Below, piece by piece: positions 10,084-17,939 of a DNA stretch of 52,547 nucleotides. Both the position numbers and the translations under genes were made by a program. The DNA is taken from positions 1-52,547 of IMG/VR virus record IMGVR_UViG_3300021405_000017; one strand, given 5' to 3'. This stretch comes from a virus. Taxonomy: Duplodnaviria > Caudoviricetes. Position 1 is the stretch's first letter. Each line of letters begins with the position of its first letter. A model generated the notes under the pieces. It was not told where the DNA came from, did not search any database, and saw nothing but the letters and a program-made list of their open reading frames with translations.

Positions 10084-10379
10084 AGCGGGTCGATATTCTC
10101 GTCGAGGGCGATGTCGAGCCATCGGCTGATCGCCGGGCGCGTAGTCAGGCGGTCGATCCCGGCCCTGAGCGCGTCGATCTGCGGGCCAACCCAGACGGGC
10201 GCCATGATCCACTGCCTGAGATACGCGCGCATAGCGGCGATCATCTCGTCGGTCATTGGCTCCTGCGTAAGATAGGCCTCGACCGCCGGCCGAAGCACGC
10301 CGCTCGTCTCAGACATCCAATAGCCAGGCCCCTCGCCGTGGCGGGCGATCTGCGGCGCCGGCCTTCGCTTCTCCTTCAT
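10080..10379 (-). CDS. Hypothetical protein
   Basis: ATGA-coupled ORF in the operon. Confidence 0.6.
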   Translation of the reverse strand: MKEKRRPAPQIARHGEGPGYWMSETSGVLRPAVEAYLTQEPMTDEMIAAMRAYLRQWIMAPVWVGPQIDALRAGIDRLTTRPAISRWLDIALDENIDPL

Positions 10380-10603
10380 CGGAATCCTTCGATCCATCCG
10401 CGGACCTTTGCGGCGTCGTCATCCATGACCGCCCTGATCATGCTCAGGTGAGCGCCCGCGTCGAGATCGAGACGGGTCTCGGGATGCTTGCCGAGATCAC
10501 TGGTCATGCTGGTGACGGCCTGGGCGAGGTCGCCGTGATCGAGATATTCGAGCGCTCGGGCTTTGCACCAGGCCAGATGTTCATCGCGAGTCTCGTCAGC
10601 CAT
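10376..10603 (-). CDS. Conserved phage hypothetical protein
   Basis: TRDEHLAWCKARALEYLD...SDLGKHPET...WIEGF. Confidence 0.7.
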   Translation of the reverse strand: MADETRDEHLAWCKARALEYLDHGDLAQAVTSMTSDLGKHPETRLDLDAGAHLSMIRAVMDDDAAKVRGWIEGFR

Positions 10604-10783
10604 TGCCACCCTCGATCATGGTCGCCGTCGCCAGGATCTTTTTCACCATCCGGTCGGCGAACTCTTCGGGCGTCATGTCACACGCCGCCTTGCCGGGGTT
10701 GGCGGCCTGATACTCGATGATGACCGCTTCGACGTCGGCCTCGCGCATTTCAAGCTCAACGAGCATTGGCTTTTCTTTCGTCA

Positions 10784-11002
10784 TCACCATCCCTGATCGC
10801 CGACGCGCTGACCGACGCGCCATTCATCGCCCTCAAGATGGGCCTCGAAATACCCCTTGGCGTCGCCGCCCAGCGCCGCGATGACGTCCGCCGGCATTTT
10901 CGACGTCGGGACATAGGTCGTGAAACGCCTGCCCTGCGCGTAGAGGAGGAAGGGCGCGTCGGGGATGTTCGACGATAGGGGCCGCTGGACCTTGAGCAGC
11001 AT
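10784..11002 (-). CDS. Hypothetical protein
   Basis: MLLKVQRPL...KGYFEA...DQGW, coupled ORF. Confidence 0.55.
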   Translation of the reverse strand: MLLKVQRPLSSNIPDAPFLLYAQGRRFTTYVPTSKMPADVIAALGGDAKGYFEAHLEGDEWRVGQRVGDQGW

Positions 11003-11004
11003 GA

Positions 11005-11673
11005 TCACTCCGCCGGCAGGAGCTTGAAGGCGGCGAGGGTCAAGCGGCCGAGCTCGTCGACCGCCTCCTGCCCATCCTTCATGGCTTGACCGAGCAGCAG
11101 CGGATGGCCGCTGTCGATCGAGGCCATGATCTCCGCCCGCGTCGCTGTTCGCCCCTCCGCCCACCAATCGACGCGATCCGGATGACCGAGCCGGATCAGC
11201 CAGCCGCCTCTACCGTCGCTGAACTTGGTCGCTGAGGCCGTCTCATAAAGGGCCGTGACGCCGGGGTTACGCTCGATCATTGTGCCGGCGACCTGGCGCG
11301 GCTCGTCCTCCGTCATCGGCAGGCGCCGCATCCGAGGTTTCACAAGAAACGGGCAGGCCTTGACGGCGAACTCGGCGCACTCGCGATGGCTGGCTGGCTC
11401 CGAGGTCGTGCGGTTGATTACGCACATTGGACCTATGGCATACACTCGGTGCACGCCGAGCCGGTCGCCGCAAATCCAGCACAAGCCCTGCTTGAAGGCC
11501 TGAGCACGAAAATGGGCCCGAGCGTAGCGAAAGTCGGGAGAGGCTCCGGGATAGGCGCGGGCCACCGGATGGCCGTCTTGCATCCATTCGACGAAAAAGG
11601 GCACCGGGTATCCGCGGTCGTCCTTGGGCAGCCGGGCGATGCGGGGCGGAAGCTCTGGTAGGACGATCGTCAT
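11005..11673 (-). CDS. Conserved phage hypothetical protein (Cys/His, probable Zn-binding)
   Basis: RGYPVPFFV, CWICG, HRECA...CPFL; first gene after the promoter at 11.7 kb. Confidence 0.7.
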   Translation of the reverse strand: MTIVLPELPPRIARLPKDDRGYPVPFFVEWMQDGHPVARAYPGASPDFRYARAHFRAQAFKQGLCWICGDRLGVHRVYAIGPMCVINRTTSEPASHRECAEFAVKACPFLVKPRMRRLPMTEDEPRQVAGTMIERNPGVTALYETASATKFSDGRGGWLIRLGHPDRVDWWAEGRTATRAEIMASIDSGHPLLLGQAMKDGQEAVDELGRLTLAAFKLLPAE

Positions 11674-11695
11674 GCGCTGGGTTCTCCCCCCTGAC

Positions 11696-11726
11696 GATGG
11701 TTGGCTACAAAGCAACTTTTTGTCAA
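11696..11726 (-). promoter_or_regulatory. Sigma70-type promoter overlapped by repressor operator GTTGGCTACAAAGCAAC
   Basis: -35 TTGACA at 11726-11721; 17-bp operator at 11700-11716, identical to 22387-22403. Confidence 0.75.
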
Positions 11727-11729
11727 GAG

Positions 11730-11764
11730 AGGGCGCGCGAGGCCTCTTTTTCGCGCGCCCTTTT
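11730..11764. terminator. Hairpin terminator downstream of the attP tRNA fragment
   Basis: 11-bp stem AGGGCGCGCGA/TCGCGCGCCCT plus T-run. Confidence 0.6.
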
Positions 11765-11771
11765 GGGGCGA

Positions 11772-11974
11772 GTTTTCTAAACCGTTTTCTAAACCGCCCC
11801 GACGGTTTAAAATAAACCGCCCTAAGTTATTGAAAAGATTGGCTGGGGGACCTGGATTCGAACCAAGATTGACGGAGTCAGAGGCCGTTGTTCTTCCTTG
11901 ATTTTATTGGGAAAGGTTTTTTAAACCGCGATTTTTGGCCCTAAAGAGATCAATGGGTTGCGCTCGGTTTAGAA
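11772..11974. mobile_element. attP: core = 3' half of tRNA-Gln(CTG) (11840-11884, minus strand) with arm-type repeats
   Basis: Minus strand CTCTGAC-TCCGT-CAATCTTGGTTCGAATCCAGGTCCCCCAGCCA gives anticodon loop CTG, T-arm and CCA end. TAAACCG-containing repeats at 11772, 11784, 11803(rc), 11917 and 11965(rc); adjacent to the integrase. Confidence 0.9.
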
Positions 11975-13070
11975 TACGATTTTCGCCCGCCTCGTAGACT
12001 TCAAATTTAGCCATCGCTGCGCGCGCGACGCTCAGGTCAAGGTTCACATAACCAGCGAGCGAAGAGCGCTTTGTGCCGCTCTCCAAACCATGCCCGGTAA
12101 TGCTGGCGATCTCGATCGTGGTGCAGCCGGCGCGTCCCATGCGTGACGCGGCGGTCCCTCGTAGATCATGGAACGTGACGCCGCCTTTCCGGCTGCTTGG
12201 CACGCCCGCCTTGATACAGGTCTTACGCCACATGACCCGAAAGCCATCCGGCGTCCACGGCTCGCCGCTCTGGTTGACCAGCATGAGCTCATCTTTGCGG
12301 GGTGTCGCGTCGAGGATCGCCCTCAGCGGCGCCGCCACCGGGACGACGATATCGACGTCGGTCTTGCCTTGAGTCAGCGCGATCACGTCGCCGTCGTATG
12401 CGGTCCATGGCAGCCGGAGGAGATCGCCTTGTCGCTGCAAGGTCCAGAATGCGAGGGCCATCGCCAGCGACAATTCCGGCGAGGCGGCTGCCCTGAACGC
12501 CGCCATTTGGCCCTCGGTCCAGACCTTGTGTTTCCGACTCGTGCTGTAGAGTTTCTCGACGCCCGAGCGAGCGCAAGGATTGAACTCGATCTCGCCCCGC
12601 GTCGTCGCGAAATTCAAAACGATATTCAGGACGACCCAGGCATAGTCGGCCTGCCGGTCTGATTTCTTAGCGAGCTGATCGCGCCAGCGGAGGAAAATCC
12701 CTCGCGCCCGATTCTTGACCCCCAGGGCGATGATCGGCATCTGGCGATGTTCGGTGGGAACGGCGGCCAGGAGCTTGCGATAGTCGCGCTGTGTCCGCTC
12801 TTTCCGCTTCCGAAATTCGGGGCTGTCGAGATAAAGGTCAATCAGCCATTCGAGCGTCTTGCCGGCGGTCGCGCGCGGCTCGTTGGAGTTGGCGATCGGA
12901 CCCGCCGCCTTGATTGCCAGCGCCTCCGCCAGCGCGCGCCTGAACTCAGGCGAGCCTTCCGGCCCAGGTAGCTTCGGGCCGCCCTGCCACGCGTAGAGGT
13001 AGAGAACGGTCGTTCCATCGGCGAGTTTTTTGGGGACGCGGTGAATCCCCCCTTTACTTGGACGTCCCAT
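11904..13070 (-). CDS. int: Tyrosine recombinase (phage integrase)
   Basis: Catalytic R (LQRQGD), K (QGKT), HDLR, GH and Y (AGYV); next to attP. Confidence 0.95.
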   Translation of the reverse strand: MGRPSKGGIHRVPKKLADGTTVLYLYAWQGGPKLPGPEGSPEFRRALAEALAIKAAGPIANSNEPRATAGKTLEWLIDLYLDSPEFRKRKERTQRDYRKLLAAVPTEHRQMPIIALGVKNRARGIFLRWRDQLAKKSDRQADYAWVVLNIVLNFATTRGEIEFNPCARSGVEKLYSTSRKHKVWTEGQMAAFRAAASPELSLAMALAFWTLQRQGDLLRLPWTAYDGDVIALTQGKTDVDIVVPVAAPLRAILDATPRKDELMLVNQSGEPWTPDGFRVMWRKTCIKAGVPSSRKGGVTFHDLRGTAASRMGRAGCTTIEIASITGHGLESGTKRSSLAGYVNLDLSVARAAMAKFEVYEAGENRILNRAQPIDLFRAKNRGLKNLSQ

Positions 13071-13266
13071 AATATTTCGCTTCCCAATCCGCTAAGGCCC
13101 GCTCGGCGCTGGCTGCCGGCGTTGTCTGGATGCTCACTTCGCCGCTCACGATTGTGATCTTGCCGGCGCTGTCGATTTCGCAGCGCGTGACATGGAGCCC
13201 GGCCGCCTTGGCCGCGCGGAGCGCGCGAGTGACGTCGCTTTGACGGAAGGATGACGGACGTTTCAC
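13054..13266 (-). CDS. Putative excisionase/recombination directionality factor
   Basis: RPSSFRQSDVTRALRAAKAAG...EIDSAGKI; small basic protein overlapping the int start. Confidence 0.6.
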   Translation of the reverse strand: MKRPSSFRQSDVTRALRAAKAAGLHVTRCEIDSAGKITIVSGEVSIQTTPAASAERALADWEAKYYGTSK

Positions 13267-13481
13267 CGTCGCTCGCCCTTCCCCGTCGCGGAATCGGCCC
13301 TTTCGCTTATGGCGGGAAGCCCCGCCGGGCGACGCGCCCCCGGGCGCGGTGTCTCACACTTCGCCCGAGCGGTCCGCGAAGACAAGAGGGCGCCGCGCAC
13401 AATTTGCGCTCCGTCCACGGGAATAGGCGCGGCCTGGTCCGATTCAATTCTCATCACCACGCCGCGCCTCCTTCCGTCTCA

Positions 13482-13977
13482 GCCGGCCCAGCCCCGCCTC
13501 GCCTTGCCAGATCAAGCCTAGTCACACCGCGCCTGGTCCAGCCTCGCCGGCCCCGCAAGCCGCGCCATGCCAGGCCACGCCTTGCCTCGCCAGGCCTCAC
13601 CATTCCGGCCGCGCCGAGCCCGGCCTTGCCTAGCCACGCCACGCCGCGCCAGACCCCGCCGCGCCGGCCTTGCCTTGCCTCGCCGGGCCTAGTCGCGCCC
13701 GGCCGCACCGAGCCTGGCCGAGCCCGGCCGTGCCGCGCCCCGCCGAGCCCTGCCTGCCTCGCCCCACCTCGCCAGGTCCAGCCTTGCCAGGCCTTGCCCC
13801 ACGCCGCACCTGCCTTGCCCTGCCTCGCCAAGTCGCGCCCGGCCTCGCCGGACCCAGCCCAGCCTGGCCACGCCTGCCTTGCCACGCCCAGCCTCACCGG
13901 GGCCGGCCGCGCCTTGTCTAGCCTAGCCATGCCTGGTCCGGCCGCGCCGTGCCGCGCCTGCCTTGCCTCGCCTCGTC
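13482..13977 (-). ncRNA. GGY-NN pentamer array 1 (about 7 putative guide units)
   Basis: Strict 5-nt periodicity (plus strand RCCNN, minus strand GGYNN) with 4-nt steps at 13482, 13546, 13604, 13663, 13752, 13808, 13872 and 13956. Intergenic, starting at the upstream gene's stop codon. RNA status inferred. Confidence 0.8.
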
Positions 13978-14280
13978 TCATACGGGCGAATCGAGCCGTT
14001 TGAACTCGCCTCGCCGTAGCTCGATGGCCGGGACACTCCGGATCTCGCTGCGCCGCGCCTTGATGACGAATTCGCGCCATTCTCGCCGCTGCTCCCGCTC
14101 TAAGCCGCGTACTAGGTCAGCCTGATATTTCTCCGACAACGCGCGCTTCACCCAAGCGTCGAACGGCAGCCGAGCCGCAGCTGCCGCCTCCTCGAACGCC
14201 TGCATGATCGGCGAGGCAAGGCGAATGTGGAGCGTCTTGCCGCCCACCTCGTCGTCATTGTCATTGATGGGTTCGTTCAT
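13978..14280 (-). CDS. Small hypothetical protein (possible RHH/HicB-like DNA-binding) between arrays 1 and 2
   Basis: AAGGAG RBS; TLHIRL...AAAAARLPFDAWVKRAL. Confidence 0.6.
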   Translation of the reverse strand: MNEPINDNDDEVGGKTLHIRLASPIMQAFEEAAAAARLPFDAWVKRALSEKYQADLVRGLEREQRREWREFVIKARRSEIRSVPAIELRRGEFKRLDSPV

Positions 14281-14301
14281 GACCCTCTCCTTTTCACTTT
14301 T

Positions 14302-15777
14302 GCCCGCCTTGCCTGCCTTGCCTTGCCGAGCCTTGTCGGACCCAGCCGGGACACGCCAAGCCTCGCCATGCAACGTCCCGCCGCGCCTGCCTTGCCATGT
14401 CGGGCCTAGCCGGGTCGGATCTTGCCGAACCCCGCCAAGCCTCGCCTCGCCCGGCCCGGTCAAGCCACGCCTGCCTTTGCCTTGCCATGCCTGGCCTTGC
14501 CCAGCCGCACCGTGCCGAACCCGGTCGGACCCGGCCAAGCCTGCCATGCCAGACCTCGCCTCGCCGCGCCTTGCCAAGCCTCGCCAAACCCGGCCATGTC
14601 GCATCCGGCCGCGCCTGCCTCGCCCCGCCTTGCCTCGCCGCGCCCTGCCCAGCCCGGCCAGGCCGAATCGTACCGGGTCTAGTCATGCCCCGCCGGCCTC
14701 GCCTTGCCCCGCCAGGCCCAGTCTCGGCTCGTCCTGCCTCGCCTAGTCCCGCCCAGTCGCGCCCGACCATGTCAGGCCGTGCCCGGTCCCGTCTTGCCGT
14801 GCCGCGCCTTGCCAGGCCTGCCTCGCCATGCCTCGCCAAGTCGCGCCTTGCCTCACCGCGTCTGGCCCGGCCTTGCCGCGCCAGGTCTCGCCGTGTCGCG
14901 CCTGCCTTGCCTTGCCTTGCCCGGCCCCGCCTCGCCGGGTCCCGCCATGCCTGCCTCGCCTCACCCCATCGTGCCGGGCCAAGGCGTGTCCCGACATGCC
15001 TCGGCATGCCAGGCCCGGCCCGGCCGGACCTCGCCTGCCTAGCCTCGCCCGGTCGCGCCGAGTCGAGCCTAGCCTCGCCGCGCCCCGCCGTACCGTGCCC
15101 GGCCGGGTCATGCCTGCCTCGCCCCGCCGCGCCAGCGCCATGCCAAGCCTTGCCGAGTCGCGCCTGGTCGTGCCTGGCCCGGCCAGGCCCAGCCTGGCCA
15201 TGCCTGCGTTGCCTTGCCTCATCAGGTCAGGCCATGCCTCGCCTCGCCCAGCCTCGCCTCGCCTCGCCTGTCTGGCCATGCTTCGCCTCGTCACATCATG
15301 CCGCGCCGGATCAAGCCTCGCCCGGTCCCGCCGTGCCGTGCCTGACCCCGCCTCATCAGGTCTGGCCATGCCTGCCTCGCCTCGCTGCGCCGGGGCTCGC
15401 CCGGCCAAGCCGGGTCGAGTCCCGCCTGGCCCCGCCTAGCCTGCCTTGCCGTGTCAGGCCTCGTCACGCCTCGCCGTGTCCGGCCCAGCCTAGTCTGGCC
15501 ATGCCTGCCGTGTCCGGCCCAAACCAAGCCTCGCCTTGCCGCGCCTTGCCTCGCCACGCCTGCCTTGCCCGGCCAGGCCAAGCCTTGTCACGTCGCACTG
15601 CATCCCGCCTCGCCTGCCTTGCCTGGCCTCGCCAGGTCTCGCCGCCCTTGTCCTGCCCAGCCTCGCCTGCCTTGTCAGGCCACGCCTAGCCGGACCGGGC
15701 CGGGCCTAGCCTTGCCTCGCCGCATCTGGCCCGGCTCTGTCATGCCAAGCCTGGCCTTGCCTGCCTTGCCGTGTCAG
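14302..15777 (-). ncRNA. GGY-NN pentamer array 2 (about 19 putative guide units)
   Basis: About 1.47 kb of pentamers. GGCAGGC-type junctions at 14311, 14385, 14469, 14539, 14613, 14692, 14816, 14900, 14949, 15033, 15112, 15202, 15266, 15370, 15439, 15503, 15558, 15612, 15665 and 15759. Confidence 0.8.
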
Positions 15778-16316
15778 GCGGCGGTTCGTGAGCCGCCGCC
15801 CTTGCCTTTGCCGCCTTTGCCGCCGCCGGCCTTGCCCGCACCTTTGCTCGCAGCCTTGGCGGCGCGGGCTCGTTCGGCGATGGTTTCGAGGTTGAGCAAC
15901 ATGGTGTCCAAGTCTGGACCGACGCCCAGGACGAGGGCGACCTTTCGCGCCCGCTCTATAGCGGCGGCGATGCGGTCAACCTCGTCCTCGAGGACTCGCA
16001 GCGCCCGCGCGCGCTGACCTTTGAACGAGGTCAATTCGCAAGAGGTCTGCGTTTTCGGCGCTCGATCGGGATCGACAATGTAGTAGGGCACTACGATGGT
16101 TTCGGTCTCCGTGATGACCTCAAACCGGACGTAACGGATCAGGGTGCGGGCCTGCTCGATCCAATGCTGTTGCGCCGCCTTTTTTACGTCCCATTCGAAG
16201 TCTTCATGGATTGGAGAGCCGGGAGGCCGAGCCGCTTCGACCACCTTCTCAGGCTCAAGACGCCCGCTGGAGTCTTCCAGCGAGCGAATAAAGGCGGCCT
16301 TGGCCGCCGACATCAT
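15774..16316 (-). CDS. Partner protein of the RAMP-like gene (function unknown)
   Basis: LEPEKVVEAARPPGSPIHEDFEWD..AAQQHWIEQARTLIR motif; ATGA-coupled to the RAMP-like gene; array 2 begins at its stop codon. Confidence 0.75.
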   Translation of the reverse strand: MMSAAKAAFIRSLEDSSGRLEPEKVVEAARPPGSPIHEDFEWDVKKAAQQHWIEQARTLIRYVRFEVITETETIVVPYYIVDPDRAPKTQTSCELTSFKGQRARALRVLEDEVDRIAAAIERARKVALVLGVGPDLDTMLLNLETIAERARAAKAASKGAGKAGGGKGGKGKGGGSRTAA

Positions 16317-17197
16317 TGCGACAGCCCCACCTCGTCGCCGCCGCCATTGCTCTTAGGCGGGCGCTTGCCGTTTGCGGCTTTCGGCGTCTTGCCCTTTGAC
16401 GCCTTGCCGCCCTCGCGCTGAGAGCTAGCCTCGCGCCGGATGATCTCGCTCTCGTACCACACCCACAATTCTTCGCTGTCGATATCGCTCGCCTCCGGGT
16501 TATCGTAGGCCGCCTGTTGCACCTTACGGCCGCCGTTCTTGACGATATCGAGCCAGCGCGGGTCACGCGCATCGACGACCTCCCAGCCGCCGTTGTTGAA
16601 GGTGCCCTTCTCTGTTCGCCCGTCGCCGATGCCGGTCACATCGCCGGCGTTCGACATCAAGTTGACGATCGCCCGCTCGGTCGTCAGCGTCTTGATGAAT
16701 TGGACGGTGAGTTTCACCGCCCATGTTTTGAACATCGCGCGGGTTCGAATGTCGGGCACGCGCTTCATGCCCTCAAGGCGGACCCAATCCATGTAGAGGT
16801 AGGGCTTGCCATAGACGTGGACCGTCTGGTCGACCACCTGCACCAGACAGCCGATCTCAGTCTTCGTTGCACCTGGCGTGCGGAGCGCCGCGGAACCGAG
16901 CGCCTTTTTGAAAGCGCCGGTAGGGAAGTGAAAAAGCGTAGGCGCGCTATCGTCGCGGCACCGATACATTGTGTCGCGGAATTCAGCGAGCGGGTCATGT
17001 TTCAAAATGACCTGCTTCTCGGCGTTGTTTTTAGCGCGCGACGGAAGCAACAGCTGCTGCTTCGCTTTCGCGCTCGGCCGATTCATCACCAGGGGCGCCG
17101 TGCCCAGAAGATGGAAGACAACGTAGCCTCGCTCGAAGCGCTTAAGCTCCGAGACCATCTCGGTGGTGTCGCGTGTTTTACTGGGTTTGGTAGCCAT
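16313..17197 (-). CDS. Stand-alone RAMP/Cas7(Csm3)-like RNA-binding protein (Vipr-like)
   Basis: N-terminal LLGTAPLVM (cf. RAMP TxSPLxIG), FHFPTGAFKKAL (cf. YIPGSSLKGAL) and C-terminal Gly-rich loop GIGDGRTEKGTFNNGGWEV. Flanked by pentamer arrays; AGGAGG RBS. Confidence 0.75.
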   Translation of the reverse strand: MATKPSKTRDTTEMVSELKRFERGYVVFHLLGTAPLVMNRPSAKAKQQLLLPSRAKNNAEKQVILKHDPLAEFRDTMYRCRDDSAPTLFHFPTGAFKKALGSAALRTPGATKTEIGCLVQVVDQTVHVYGKPYLYMDWVRLEGMKRVPDIRTRAMFKTWAVKLTVQFIKTLTTERAIVNLMSNAGDVTGIGDGRTEKGTFNNGGWEVVDARDPRWLDIVKNGGRKVQQAAYDNPEASDIDSEELWVWYESEIIRREASSQREGGKASKGKTPKAANGKRPPKSNGGGDEVGLSQ

Positions 17198-17252
17198 TCT
17201 CGTCTATGCTCCTCCTTTCGGAAAACGGCCTATCCGCTTTCCGTCGTCGCTT

Positions 17253-17279
17253 GGCCCGGGCGTCGTGAGCGCCCGGGCC
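17253..17279 (-). other. 10-bp perfect hairpin at the 3' end of array 3
   Basis: GGCCCGGGCG-7 nt-CGCCCGGGCC. Confidence 0.7.
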
Positions 17280-17299
17280 TTGCGTTTCGTTCGCGCTCA

Positions 17300-17939
17300 G
17301 CCTGCCGGCCGAGCCTTGCTTTGCCTCGCCATGCCGGGCCGTGCCACGCCGGGCCTGACCAGACCCAGCCCTGCCGAGCTGCGCCACGCCAAGTCGCGCC
17401 TGCCTCGCCCAGCCGGGCCGTGTCGGGCCTAGCCGCACCTCGCCCGGCCTCGCCAGGTCCGGCCGCGCCAAGCCTTGCCTGCGTCGCCGCGCCGTATCGC
17501 GCCGGACCGGGCCACGCCCCGCCAAGCCTCGGCCAGACAAGCCTCGCCAGGCCGCGCCTGCCTTGCCTCGCCATGCTGAGCCCAACCCCGCCAAGCCCCG
17601 CCGCGCCAGGTTCAGCCAGGTCCGGCCTCGCCTGCCTCGCCTTGCTCCGCCCCACCTCGCCGTGCCCCGTCACGCGTTGCCCGGTCGCGCCCAGCCGTGC
17701 CCCGTCTCGTCTAGCCATGCCTGCCTTGCCCCGCCGAGCCGGGTCTGGCCTTGCCCCGCCAAACCGCGCCACGCCAAGCCTGGCCTGACCCCGCCTGCGT
17801 CGCCTTGCCTCGCCTCGCCCGGCCAAGCCGCGCCCGGCCTCGCCATGTCGGGCTCAGCCCGGCCAGGCCTCGCCGGTCATGCCGCCCCTTATCGAGCCCA
17901 ACCCCGCCATGTCTGGCCAAACCGCGCCTGCCTTGCCTC
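17300..17939 (-). ncRNA. GGY-NN pentamer array 3 (about 8 putative guide units)
   Basis: Junctions at 17300, 17398, 17477, 17556, 17630, 17719, 17793, 17872 and 17926; spacings mostly 5n+4 (54-98 nt). Confidence 0.8.

Noticed and set aside
11840-11900. Functional tRNA-Gln gene
   Set aside because: The 5' acceptor stem is missing and the anticodon stem is mismatched. It is the attP core.
15116-15201. Plus-strand decode FDAWV matching the gene at 13978-14280
   Set aside because: The opposite-strand reading gives a much longer canonical integrase motif. This shows that short decodes can be coincidental.
14302-15777. Canonical CRISPR array or simple microsatellite
   Set aside because: There are no 23-50 nt identical repeats with unique spacers. 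The NN positions are information-rich rather than slippage copies.
15780-15860. GCC-rich stretch continuing array 2
   Set aside because: It has 3-nt periodicity and encodes the GKGG-rich C-terminus of the 15774-16316 protein.
13608-17555. Weak decodes: NusG-like (13608-13662), tail VGNLN (13756-13807), terL GQGxPF (15374-15438), endolysin-like AVAGGTPNS (17481-17555)
   Set aside because: Short or partial matches that cannot be distinguished from chance without a computed null.
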